A stretch of DNA of 64,000 bases from assembly GCA_964291495.2 (NCBI GenBank), contig OZ219872.1, positions 288,001 through 352,000 on the forward strand, written 5' to 3'. The notes under the pieces are model-generated. The model saw nothing but the letters and a program-made list of their open reading frames with translations. It was not told the origin of the DNA and did not search any database. The DNA comes from Dehalococcoidia bacterium. Its GTDB lineage: Bacteria; Chloroflexota; Dehalococcoidia; UBA2979. Shown here piece by piece: positions 19,742 through 29,067 of this stretch (position 1 is its first letter; every line of letters starts with the position of its first letter). Position numbers and translations under genes: made by a program.

Positions 19742-22700
19742 GCCCAGCGACCGCATCCGAAGCCTCCACGCACCCCGGCGAGCCGTCAGGCAACGCGGAG
19801 AAGCCGCGCAAGGTGCTGATCATCGGCAGCGGGCCGATCGTGATCGGCCAGGCCGCAGAGTTCGACTACGCCGGCACCCAGGCCTGCAAGGCGATGCGCG
19901 AGGAGGGCATCACCTCCGTCCTCGTCAACTCCAACCCGGCGACGATCATGACCGACGAGGACGTCGCCGACGTCGTCTACATCGAGCCGCTCACCGTCGA
20001 GGTGCTCGAGCGCATCATCGAGGCGGAGCGCCCGGACGGACTGCTCCCAACGCTCGGCGGCCAGACCGGCCTCAACCTCGCCGTCGATCTCGCCGAGGCG
20101 GGGGTGCTCGAGCGCTACGACGTGCGTCTGCTCGGCACGCCGCTGGAGTCGATCCGGCTCGCCGAGGACCGCGAGAAGTTCCGCACGATGCTGCGCGAGA
20201 TCGGCGAGCCGACGCCAGAATCGGAGATCGTCGAGGACTGGGAAAGCGCCGTCGCGGCGCGCGACCGCATCGGCCTCCCCCTCGTCGTGCGGCCCGCCTA
20301 CACGCTCGGCGGCACCGGCGGCGGCATCGCGCACACCGAGGAGGAGTACGAGCGGATCGTGCGCGGCGGGCTCGCCGCCTCGCCGATCACGCAGGTGCTG
20401 GTCGAGCGCTGCCTGCTCGGCTGGAAGGAGCTCGAGTACGAGGTGATGCGCGACGGCGCGAACACCTGCGTCACGATCTGCAACATGGAGAACCTCGATC
20501 CGATGGGCGTGCACACGGGCGACTCGATCGTCGTGGCGCCCTCGCAGACGCTCTCGGACCGCGACTACCAGCTGCTGCGCAGCAGCGCGCTGAAGATCAT
20601 CCGCGCACTCGGCATCGAGGGCGGCTGCAACGTGCAGTTCGCGCTCGCGCCGCGCCCGGACGTGACCCCCTGGCCGGGCGCGGAGTCGGCCGCGGCGCCC
20701 GAGTACCACGTGATCGAGGTCAACCCGCGGGTCTCGCGCTCCTCGGCGCTGGCCTCGAAGGCCACGGGCTACCCGATCGCGCGCGTCGCCGCGAAGATCG
20801 CGGCGGGCAAGCGGCTGGACGAGATCACGAACTCGGTCACGGGCCGCACGACAGCCGCCTTCGAGCCCGCGCTCGACTACTGCGTCGTCAAGATCCCGCG
20901 CTGGCCGTTCGACAAGTTCGCCTTCGGCGACCGCCGCCTCGGTACGCAGATGAAGGCGACGGGCGAGGTGATGGCGATCGATCGCACCTTCGAGGGCGCG
21001 CTGCAGAAGGCCGTCCGCTCGCTGGAGATGGGCGGCCGTTCGATCCTCTGGGAGCATGCGGACTGGGATCCGGACCCTCCCGGCCCGGACACCGCCACGG
21101 ACGACCGCCTCTGGGTGCTGCTCGCCGCCCTGCGCCGCGGCAAGCGCCCGCTCGAAATCGCCCGCGAGTCCGGAGTCGACCCGTGGTTCCTCGAGCGCCT
21201 CGAGCGCATCGTCACGATGGAGCGGTGGCTGCTCTCCGAGGAGTTGACGCCGCACCTGCTGCTCGAGGCGAAGCGCCTCGGCTTCAGCGACGCCGTCATC
21301 GGGACGCTCGCCGACCGCCTGCCGGACCAGGTGCGCGCGCTGCGCGAGGAATGGGACCTGCGGCCGGTCTACAAGATGGTGGACACCTGCGCCGCCGAGT
21401 TCGACGCCGCCACGCCCTACTTCTACTCGACCTACGAGCACGAGAACGAAGCCGGGCCCGAGCCGGACAGCGAGCGCATGCTGGTGATCGGCTCCGGCCC
21501 GATCCGCATCGGGCAGGGGATCGAGTTCGACTACTGCTCGGTCCAGGCCGCCCACGCGCTGCACGCCGCGGGCGTCCAGTCGATCCTCGCCAACTCCAAC
21601 CCGGAGACCGTCTCCACCGACTTCGACACGTCCGATAGGCTCTACTTCGAGCCACTCGACGAGGAGGCGGTGCGGGATCTGCTGGAGAACGAGGCAGGCG
21701 GGGCCGAGGCGCCGCACTCGATCGTCCAGTTCGGCGGCCAGACCGCCGTCAACCTCGCGCGCCCCCTGCAGCTCGCCGCACTGCCGATCGCCGGCTCCTC
21801 CGCCGACGCGATCGACCTCGCCGAGGATCGAGGGCGCTTCGAGGCGCTGATCTCCGACCTCGGCATCCCGCAGCCGCCCGGCGTCGCCGTGCGGACGCTC
21901 GACGAGGCGCTGCCGACGGCGGCGACGATCGGGTACCCGGTGCTCGTGCGCCCCTCGTACGTCCTCGGCGGTCGCGCGATGGAGGTCGTGCAGGACGAGG
22001 GCGAGCTGGAGCGCTACTTCGCCGCCGCACTGCAGGAGCGCTCCGGCCCGATCCTGATCGACAAGTACCTCGAGGGTCTCGAGGTGGAGGTGGACGCCAT
22101 CTGCGACGGCGAGTCGGTGCTGATCCCGGGGATCATGGAGCACGTCGAGCGCGCGGGGGTGCACTCCGGCGACTCGATGGCCGTCTACCCGCCGCAGAAC
22201 CTCACGACCGAGCAGCGCGAGGCGATCATCGACTACACGACGCGCATGGCCATCGCCCTCGGCGTGCGCGGGCTGATGAACGTGCAGTACGTCGTCGCGC
22301 CGGAGGCCGCTCCCCAGGGGCCGGGCGTGTTCGTGATCGAGGTGAACCCGCGCTCCTCGCGCACCGTGCCCTTCATCTCCAAGGTCACGGGCATCCCCAT
22401 GGTGCCGCTCGCCGTGAACGTGATGCTCGGCCGTTCGCTGGCTGAGCAGGGCTACGAGCCGGGCCTCGTGCCGGACCGCCCGCTCGTGGCCGTGAAGGCG
22501 CCCGTCTTCTCGATGTCCAAGCTCGTCGGCGTGGATACCTTCCTCGGCCCCGAGATGAAGTCCACCGGCGAGGTGATGGGCGTCGACCACGACTTCGACG
22601 CGGCGATGCGCAAGGCGGCGATGGCTGCCGACCTCGCGATCGCACCCGGCACGCCCTTCCTGCTCTCGCTGGCGGACCGCACGAAGCCCGAGGCCGTCCC

Positions 22701-23061
22701 GCTGATTCACGCGTTACACGAGGCGGGGTGCGATCTCGTGGCCACGGAGGGCACAGCCGCGATGATCCGGGACGACCTCGGCCTGCCGGTCCGCTTCGTG
22801 ACGAAGCTGCTCTCGCGGGGCCGCCCCAACGTCGTGGACGTGATCAACGACGGCTCGGTCGGCGCGGTCATCAACACGCTCGAGGGCGGCCGGCCCTCGC
22901 ACTTGCGCGACGGCTTCCACATCCGCCGCAGCGCCACCGAGATGCGCATCCCCTGCTTCACCTCGCTGGACACCGCGCGCGCCTCGATCCAGGCGCTCTC
23001 CTCACCCGCCTCCTACAGCGTGCGCCCGATCGGGGACTACCGGAACGGCCGCGCCGGATGA
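19738..23061 (+). CDS. carB: Carbamoyl-phosphate synthase large subunit (start uncertain: CTG 19738 or GTG 19813)
   Basis: [22 protein letters not shown], two ATP-grasp halves, MGS domain. Confidence 0.96.
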   Translation: MSPATASEASTHPGEPSGNAEKPRKVLIIGSGPIVIGQAAEFDYAGTQACKAMREEGITSVLVNSNPATIMTDEDVADVVYIEPLTVEVLERIIEAERPDGLLPTLGGQTGLNLAVDLAEAGVLERYDVRLLGTPLESIRLAEDREKFRTMLREIGEPTPESEIVEDWESAVAARDRIGLPLVVRPAYTLGGTGGGIAHTEEEYERIVRGGLAASPITQVLVERCLLGWKELEYEVMRDGANTCVTICNMENLDPMGVHTGDSIVVAPSQTLSDRDYQLLRSSALKIIRALGIEGGCNVQFALAPRPDVTPWPGAESAAAPEYHVIEVNPRVSRSSALASKATGYPIARVAAKIAAGKRLDEITNSVTGRTTAAFEPALDYCVVKIPRWPFDKFAFGDRRLGTQMKATGEVMAIDRTFEGALQKAVRSLEMGGRSILWEHADWDPDPPGPDTATDDRLWVLLAALRRGKRPLEIARESGVDPWFLERLERIVTMERWLLSEELTPHLLLEAKRLGFSDAVIGTLADRLPDQVRALREEWDLRPVYKMVDTCAAEFDAATPYFYSTYEHENEAGPEPDSERMLVIGSGPIRIGQGIEFDYCSVQAAHALHAAGVQSILANSNPETVSTDFDTSDRLYFEPLDEEAVRDLLENEAGGAEAPHSIVQFGGQTAVNLARPLQLAALPIAGSSADAIDLAEDRGRFEALISDLGIPQPPGVAVRTLDEALPTAATIGYPVLVRPSYVLGGRAMEVVQDEGELERYFAAALQERSGPILIDKYLEGLEVEVDAICDGESVLIPGIMEHVERAGVHSGDSMAVYPPQNLTTEQREAIIDYTTRMAIALGVRGLMNVQYVVAPEAAPQGPGVFVIEVNPRSSRTVPFISKVTGIPMVPLAVNVMLGRSLAEQGYEPGLVPDRPLVAVKAPVFSMSKLVGVDTFLGPEMKSTGEVMGVDHDFDAAMRKAAMAADLAIAPGTPFLLSLADRTKPEAVPLIHALHEAGCDLVATEGTAAMIRDDLGLPVRFVTKLLSRGRPNVVDVINDGSVGAVINTLEGGRPSHLRDGFHIRRSATEMRIPCFTSLDTARASIQALSSPASYSVRPIGDYRNGRAG

Positions 23062-23780
23062 CGGAGGAGCGCGCGGGACCGCTCGATGCCGTGCTCTTCG
23101 ACCTCGACGGCACGCTCGCGGACTCGATGCACTCGATCGCCGAGGCGCTCTCCGAGACGCTCGGCGATCAGGGCTACCGCACAAGCCCCGGGGAGTTGAT
23201 GCCACACTTCGGGCCGGGCATGCAGTCCGTGATCCGGCGCGCCATCGGCGTCGACGAGGCCGAGGCGGAGCGCCTCTACGCCCTCTACCTGCCGAACTAC
23301 TACGAGCGCTACATGCCGGACACGCCGCCGCTCCCCGGCGCGGACGAGCTGATCGAGGATCTCGCGGCCCGGCTGCCGCTCGGCATCGTCACATCGAAGC
23401 TCGAGGCGGGCGCACGCTCGCTGATCGAGACGCTCGGCTGGAGTGAGCACTTCGGCCCGATCGTCGGGCGCGACACGACCGGCATCATGAAGCCCCGGCC
23501 CGAGCCGCTGCTGCACGCCCTCGCCGAACTGGGCATCGAAGGCGAGCGCGCGGCCTACGTCGGCGACACCGAGGAGGACATGGAGGCCGCCCTCGCCGCC
23601 GGGGTCGCCGTCCGCGTCGGCGTCACGGAAATCCGCGGCGAGCAGCAGCTGATCGCGGCGGGCGCCACCGCCGTCTGCCGCGACCTCCCGGCGCTTCGCG
23701 CGCTGCTCGTCGCCGTGATCGATGGGACGGCGGGCGCACAGCACGCCCCCGCACCGGCAACCGGGAGCACGTCCGCATGA
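23058..23780 (+). CDS. HAD family hydrolase (Gph-like)
   Basis: FDLDGTL, VTSK, KPRPEP, YVGDT..D; ATGA overlap with carB. Confidence 0.9.
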   Translation: MTEERAGPLDAVLFDLDGTLADSMHSIAEALSETLGDQGYRTSPGELMPHFGPGMQSVIRRAIGVDEAEAERLYALYLPNYYERYMPDTPPLPGADELIEDLAARLPLGIVTSKLEAGARSLIETLGWSEHFGPIVGRDTTGIMKPRPEPLLHALAELGIEGERAAYVGDTEEDMEAALAAGVAVRVGVTEIRGEQQLIAAGATAVCRDLPALRALLVAVIDGTAGAQHAPAPATGSTSA

Positions 23781-24949
23781 GCAGCGAGCAGGAAAGCGAA
23801 GCGGGCCGCAGCTCGCTCGCGGGGCTGCTCGGGCAGTTCGGACGCCTCGGCGCGACCGCCTTCGGCGGGCCCGCGGCGCACGTCGCGATGATGGAGGATG
23901 AGTTCGTCCAGCGGCGGCGCTGGCTCGACCGCGACACGTTCGCGCGCGCCCTCGCCGCGACGAACCTCGTGCCCGGCCCCAACTCCACGGAGATGGCGAT
24001 CCACCTCGGCTACCGCCGCCGCGGCGTCGCGGGAGCGATCGCCTCGGGCAGCGCCTTCATCCTGCCCGCCGCGCTTGCCGTCGCGGCGCTCGCCTGGGCC
24101 TACTTCCAGTGGGGCACGACGCCGCGCGCGGACGACCTGTTCGCCGGCATCCGCCCGGCCGTGGTCGTGCTCGTCGCGCTCGCCGCCTGGCGGCTGCGCG
24201 GCCCGGCGCAGCGCAACCCGCTCGCGATCGCTCTCGCGGCGGCCGCGTTCGCGGTTACGCTGCTCGCGCCGCGCTGGGAGGTGGTCGCGCTGCTCGGCGC
24301 GGGCGTGATTGCGCTGCTCGCGAGCGAGCACGGGCTGCGCCAGCGGCTGCAGCGCGCGATCGTCGCCCTGCCCGCTCCGCTGCTCCCGCTGGCGCTGCCC
24401 GCCCTCGCCGTGACGCTGCCCGAGGTCGTGCCGATCGCGCTGATCCACCTCAAGGCCGGTGCGCTGCTCTTCGGCGGCGGCTACGTGATCATCCCGCTGC
24501 TGGAGCCGGACGCCGTCGCGCAGGGCTGGCTGACGGAGTCGCAGTTCCTCGATGCGATCGCGATCGGGCAGGCGACGCCGGGGCCGATCGTCACCACGGC
24601 CACCTTCGTCGGCTACGCCGCCGGCGGCTGGTGGGGCGCGCTGATCGCGACGGTTGCGATCTTCGCGCCCGCGTTCGTCTTCGCGATCTCGCTGGGACAC
24701 GTACTCGACCGGCTCTCGGCTTCCGAGGCGCTACGCGCATTCCTCGATGGCGTCGCCGCTGCCGTCTTCGGCGCGATCGCCGGGGCCGCGGTGGTGCTGC
24801 TGATGAGCCTCGAGGCCAACCCGCTCAGCGGCGTGGTGCTCGTCGCGAGCGGCGTGGTGCTGCTGCGCTCGCTCCTGCCCTCGTACGCCTGGCTGCTGCT
24901 CTGCGGCGCGGCCGGCCTGCTCTACCACGCCGCGGAGCTGCCGGCATGA
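23777..24949 (+). CDS. chrA: Chromate ion transporter (CHR) family, bidomain
   Basis: GATAFGGPAAH, PGPNSTE, FGGGY, QATPGP. Confidence 0.9.
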   Translation: MSSEQESEAGRSSLAGLLGQFGRLGATAFGGPAAHVAMMEDEFVQRRRWLDRDTFARALAATNLVPGPNSTEMAIHLGYRRRGVAGAIASGSAFILPAALAVAALAWAYFQWGTTPRADDLFAGIRPAVVVLVALAAWRLRGPAQRNPLAIALAAAAFAVTLLAPRWEVVALLGAGVIALLASEHGLRQRLQRAIVALPAPLLPLALPALAVTLPEVVPIALIHLKAGALLFGGGYVIIPLLEPDAVAQGWLTESQFLDAIAIGQATPGPIVTTATFVGYAAGGWWGALIATVAIFAPAFVFAISLGHVLDRLSASEALRAFLDGVAAAVFGAIAGAAVVLLMSLEANPLSGVVLVASGVVLLRSLLPSYAWLLLCGAAGLLYHAAELPA

Positions 24950-25719
24950 GAAGCGCCGTCGTCGAGGTCACCGAGTCCGCCCGTCTCTACGGCGAGACGC
25001 GCGTGCTCTGGCTGACGATGCCCGAGGCGTTCCGCCACGCCACGCCCGGCCAGTTCGTGATGGCCTACATCGGCGAGTACGACGAACCGCTGCTCGGCCG
25101 CGCCTGCTCCTTCCATCGCCTGCGCGAGGGCCGCCACGGGCCCGAGTTCTCCCTGCTCTTCGACGTCGTCGGGCGCGGCACCGACTGGCTCGCGCGGCGC
25201 GCGCCGGGCGATGCAGTACGGGTGGTCGGGCCACTTGGGCGCGGCTTCGAGCCGCGCGAGCGCGTCGACCACATGCTGCTCGTCGGCGGCGGGATCGGCT
25301 GCGCGCCGCTCGTCTGGCTTGCCGACGAGCTGGTCGAGCAGGGCCGCGAGGTGACGCTCGTCCTCGGCGCGGCGAGCGAGGCGGGCATCTTCCCGCCGCG
25401 GCTGCTGCCGGAGGCCGTCGAGGTCGTCGTGGCGACGGAGGACGGGTCGCTGGGCGAGCGCGGGCTGGTGACCGCGCCGTTCGAGCGGCTGCTGCCCTGG
25501 GCCGACCAGGCCTTCGCCTGCGGGCCGAACCCGATGTTCGAGGCGCTGTTCGGGGTGCTCACACGCTCCGGGCTGCGCAAGCCGGTGCAGGCCCTGCTGG
25601 AGGAGACGATGGCCTGCGGCATGGGCATCTGCTACGGCTGCGCGATCTTCCCCAAGCGCGGCGGCGTCCGGCTCTGCTGCACGGACGGCCCGATGTTCGA
25701 CCTGCGCGACCTGTACTGA
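24946..25719 (+). CDS. pyrK: Dihydroorotate dehydrogenase electron transfer subunit
   Basis: PGQFVM, GPLGRGF, GGGIG, ACGP, MACGMGICYGC...C.DGP. Confidence 0.93.
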   Translation: MRSAVVEVTESARLYGETRVLWLTMPEAFRHATPGQFVMAYIGEYDEPLLGRACSFHRLREGRHGPEFSLLFDVVGRGTDWLARRAPGDAVRVVGPLGRGFEPRERVDHMLLVGGGIGCAPLVWLADELVEQGREVTLVLGAASEAGIFPPRLLPEAVEVVVATEDGSLGERGLVTAPFERLLPWADQAFACGPNPMFEALFGVLTRSGLRKPVQALLEETMACGMGICYGCAIFPKRGGVRLCCTDGPMFDLRDLY

Positions 25720-25732
25720 TGGGCCCCGCCTG

Positions 25733-25996
25733 ATGCTCCGGCGGATCGCCGTCGCCATCCCGATCCTCGGCGGCCTCGTGGGCGGCGCGTTGATCGGCGG
25801 TGTGCTGCTGAGCCCGGACCCGGCAATCGTCGGCTGGCTGTTCGGCGCGGGCGCGGGGCTGATGGGCGGCGCCTTCATCGTCGCCATCGCCACGAACGAG
25901 GCGCTGGTCGGGCGCGGCAGCGCCGGCCCGCGCTCCGTGAGCTACCCCGGCGAGACCCCGCCTCGAGGCCGGGACGAGGGCGAGGACGAGGAGTAG
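25733..25996 (+). CDS. Small membrane protein (2 TM)
   Basis: Two hydrophobic segments, acidic tail, genome-like codon usage. Confidence 0.65.
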   Translation: MLRRIAVAIPILGGLVGGALIGGVLLSPDPAIVGWLFGAGAGLMGGAFIVAIATNEALVGRGSAGPRSVSYPGETPPRGRDEGEDEE

Positions 25997-26002
25997 CGCC
26001 CG

Positions 26003-27088
26003 CTACGCCCCCACCCGATCGAGGATCGTCGCGACGTCGATGTACTCGTCGGCGAGGGCGCGCATCTCGACCGAGGTGCTGCCGCTGAAGGCGACGACCT
26101 CGACACGCACGCCCTGGCTCTGCAGCAGCTCGACGGCGCGCGCGAAGTCCGCGTCGCCGGAGACGATCGAAACCACGTCGAGGCGCTCCGCCATCGTCAC
26201 CATGTCGAGCGCCATCTCGACGTCGAAGTTGCCCTTTACCGAGCCGTCCTGGAAGCGCTTCATCGGCTTCGTCACGATCCGGTAGTCGTGGCGCACGAAC
26301 GGCTCGACGAAGCGCTGGCGCTCCACCGGCTCCGCGGGGTCGTCCGAGACCGGCGAGTAGGCAGTCGCGCGGATCAGCTCGCGGCCCTCGCTGAGGTAGG
26401 CGAGCAGCTTGCCCATATGCACGCTCGCGCCGTCCGGTGCGCCCTCGCCGCGCTCCGCTCCGTAGATCAGGTTCGGCACGTCGACGAAGACGCCGAGGCG
26501 CAGCCGCCGCACGGCGCGCTCCTGCATCTCGCGCAGCGCGTCGATCGTCTGCGCCTGCGCCGTCAGCACCTCGCGCAGCGCTCGGACCTCCTCGGTGAGC
26601 GCGGCCGTTCCCGTGTCGTCGCTGCTGCTCGTCGTGCTGGACTTGCGGGTGCTCGCGCGACGGCGGGCCGGCGCCTTTTTTTCCGCCTCCGCTTCCGCCT
26701 TCGCGGGCTCGGGTGCAGCTTCCTCGGCCGCGGCGGCACGACGGCGCCGCGGGGCTCGCTTCTTGGGCTCGGCCTCGGCCTCGGGGGTCGCCTCGGCTTC
26801 CGCCTTCGCGGGCTCGGGCGCCGCTTCCTCGGCCGCCGCTGCCCCTCGACGGCGACGCGGCGCGCGCTTCGCTGCAGCCTTCGCCTTCGTCTCGGCGGGC
26901 GGCGAGGACTCCGCCTCCGCTTCAGCCTTCGGAGCGCGGGCCGGGCGGCGGCCGGCGATGCGTGGATCGTTCAGAGTCTCGTTGCTCTCGGGCGTCTCGG
27001 CCGCGCGCGATCGGCCGCGGCCTCCGCGCGTGCCGCGGCGGCGCGTGCCCTCGCCCGTGGCCGGCGCGTCCGCGCGGTCCGCGCTCAT
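26003..27088 (-). CDS. NYN domain (LabA/DUF88) protein with long disordered N-terminus and coiled coil
   Basis: VFVDVPN, KGNFDVEMALD, VSGDADF, ADEYID; N-term Arg/Ala/Glu low complexity. Confidence 0.88.
   Translation of the reverse strand: MSADRADAPATGEGTRRRGTRGGRGRSRAAETPESNETLNDPRIAGRRPARAPKAEAEAESSPPAETKAKAAAKRAPRRRRGAAAAEEAAPEPAKAEAEATPEAEAEPKKRAPRRRRAAAAEEAAPEPAKAEAEAEKKAPARRRASTRKSSTTSSSDDTGTAALTEEVRALREVLTAQAQTIDALREMQERAVRRLRLGVFVDVPNLIYGAERGEGAPDGASVHMGKLLAYLSEGRELIRATAYSPVSDDPAEPVERQRFVEPFVRHDYRIVTKPMKRFQDGSVKGNFDVEMALDMVTMAERLDVVSIVSGDADFARAVELLQSQGVRVEVVAFSGSTSVEMRALADEYIDVATILDRVGA
26691..26870 (-). repeat. Intragenic tandem duplication, 105-bp period
   Basis: GCTTCCGCCTTCGCGGGCTCGGG at 26691 and 26796; peptide KRAPRRRR(G)AAAAEEAAPEPAKAEAEA twice. 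Confidence 0.85.
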
Positions 27089-28125
27089 GCCGCCACCCCC
27101 GCATCCCCGGCGTACTGCAGCACGGAACAGCGGGCCGCGACCTGCTCCGCGAGCTCGATGAAGGCCGCTGCCTCCTCGGAGTCCGGGGCGGCGGCGACCA
27201 GCGGGACGCCTTCGTCGCCGGACTTGCGGACCGCCGCCGCGAGCGGCAGCTCGCCGAGGAACTCGACGCCCAGCTCGTCCGCGGCCTCGCGCGCTCCGCC
27301 GCGGCCAAAGATGTCCGATGTCATGTTCTCCACGATTCCGAAGATCGGGACGCCGAGCCGGTCGAACATCCCGATCGCCTTCGTTGCGTCCTCGATCGCC
27401 ACCTGCTGCGGCGTCGAGACGATCACGACGCCTGCCACCGGCGCCTGCTGCGCCAGCGACATCGAGGCGTCCGAAGTGCCCGGCGGCAGGTCGACGATCA
27501 GGTAGTCCAGGTCGCCCCAGTCGATATCATGGACCAGTTGGCGCACGCCCGAGCCGATCATCGGTCCGCGCCAGACGACCGGCGTGCCCTTCGGCAGCAC
27601 GAACCCGATCGAGGCGGCGCGCACGCCGTGGGCCTCGATGGTGTTCAGCCCCTGCTGGCCATCAGCGAGGCCCCCCTGCTCGATGCCGAGCATCGTCGGG
27701 ATGTTCGGGCCGGTGATGTCGGCGTCGACGATGCCGACGGCCGCTCCGAGCCGCGCGAGGGCGACGGCGAGGTTCGTCGCCACCGTGGACTTGCCGACGC
27801 CGCCCTTGTTGGAGGCGACCGCGATCAGGTTCTTGACGCCCTCGACCGGCTCCGGACCGCCCTCGCGGAGCGCTTGCCCCCGCACCTCGGCGTCCCACTC
27901 GATCTCCACCTCGTCGATGCCGGGCAGGGCGTCGAGGGCGGCGCGCACGTCGACGTCGATCTGCTCGCGCAGCGGGCAGGCCGGGGTCGTGAGCACCAGG
28001 CGGAAGGAGGCGGTCGAGCCCTCGACGGCGACGTCGCGGACCATGTTGAGCGACACAAGGTCGCGATGCAGTTCGGGATCGCGAACCTGGGAGAGAGCGG
28101 CCAGTACGGCCTCAGCATTCGTCAC
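27085..28125 (-). CDS. mrp: Mrp/NBP35 (ApbC) Fe-S cluster carrier ATPase with DUF59 domain
   Basis: VRDPEL..DLVSL, LTTPACP, SNKGGVGKST, VWRGP, DLPPGT, VENM. Confidence 0.93.
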   Translation of the reverse strand: MTNAEAVLAALSQVRDPELHRDLVSLNMVRDVAVEGSTASFRLVLTTPACPLREQIDVDVRAALDALPGIDEVEIEWDAEVRGQALREGGPEPVEGVKNLIAVASNKGGVGKSTVATNLAVALARLGAAVGIVDADITGPNIPTMLGIEQGGLADGQQGLNTIEAHGVRAASIGFVLPKGTPVVWRGPMIGSGVRQLVHDIDWGDLDYLIVDLPPGTSDASMSLAQQAPVAGVVIVSTPQQVAIEDATKAIGMFDRLGVPIFGIVENMTSDIFGRGGAREAADELGVEFLGELPLAAAVRKSGDEGVPLVAAAPDSEEAAAFIELAEQVAARCSVLQYAGDAGVAA

Positions 28126-28150
28126 GTTATGTCCTCACGCTGCGGAAATG

Positions 28151-28374
28151 CTCGCGGATCGGCCAGATTCGTGAGAAAATCCTGGGAGTAACTCCAACCT
28201 GGAGGGAACCAAATGGCCGTCGCGAGCGTTTCATCTCTAGGTACGGAGAGTGCGTCATCCAGGATGGACGCGCCAGAAGGGGAGGCAACGGGATACTTGG
28301 GGACACCTTCGAGGACTGTTCCCGGGATCGCGTTACGCCTCCCCACGGGGTTGAAAGCCCCGAGTTGGGGGCTC
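28151..28374 (+). ncRNA. Candidate structured RNA, unassigned family
   Basis: Six helices identified by eye, with G-U wobbles on the + strand; see findings. Confidence 0.45.
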
Positions 28375-28513
28375 TGGCCCCAGTATAGCCGCCCGCTCCG
28401 GTTGGGGCAGCGGCGCGAGGCGTGATCCTGGCCGCGTGGCCGGCGAGGCCGGCAGGGGCGCGGAGCAAGGGAGGACTTTATCGGAGTTTTCCAGCATTTT
28501 AGTGCACTTAAGG

Positions 28514-28542
28514 TTGACACCAGAGGGGTCACGCCGTAAGGT
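28514..28542 (+). promoter_or_regulatory. Sigma70-type promoter
   Basis: TTGACA-N17-TAAGGT. Confidence 0.75.
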
Positions 28543-28653
28543 TATGTCTCTGGTGCGCCGCCTGCACACAGCGAACGCACACGATTGGTAGTCAGGCGTC
28601 GGGGCAAAATCTGGGGGGATCCAACACCGGCGCCACGGGAAGGCAGAAGAACG

Positions 28654-28923
28654 ATGGCTACGGCAGCACAGACCGGACACGACGTGCAGACCAACGCGAC
28701 CTCGCGCATGGCCTGCGTCCACCACTGGGTGATCGAGTCCCCGAGCGGGCGTGAGAGCGCCGGCTTCTGCAAGCGCTGCGGGCTCACGCGGAACTTCGCG
28801 AACGCTACCGAGAACGTGATGTGGGAGCACACGAACACCGTGAGCAACTCCCCCATCAGCGCACTCCGGCACCTCCCCCGGCCGGACCACTCCCTGCTCT
28901 CCGACGAGATCGTGCGCGACTGA
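28654..28923 (+). CDS. Small putative Zn-ribbon protein (89 aa)
   Basis: CVHHWVIE...GFCKRCG; purine-rich SD region; own promoter and downstream hairpin. Confidence 0.75.
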   Translation: MATAAQTGHDVQTNATSRMACVHHWVIESPSGRESAGFCKRCGLTRNFANATENVMWEHTNTVSNSPISALRHLPRPDHSLLSDEIVRD

Positions 28924-28950
28924 CCTCGCGACGCAGGGGATGAGACAAGG

Positions 28951-28978
28951 CGGCGCCCCCGGAATTCCGGGGGCGCCG
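28951..28978. terminator. Perfect 28-bp palindrome, probable terminator/stabilising hairpin
   Basis: CGGCGCCCCCGGAA|TTCCGGGGGCGCCG. Confidence 0.7.
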
Positions 28979-29067
28979 TACTTCGTCCGGGCATCCACCG
29001 CGACCGTCGCACTGCCCCACCCGCGCCTGCGGCGGGTATCATGAACGCACCCGGAGCGAGGCGGCGC

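Noticed and set aside
18975-21638. 887-aa ORF overlapping carB
   Set aside because: Product of the frameshift at ~19637; the rest is Arg/Gly-rich shadow frame
28231-28290. Glycine riboswitch-like words (GGAGAG...GCCAGAAGG, CUCUAGG)
   Set aside because: Motifs are imperfect and in the wrong order; no glycine-related gene downstream
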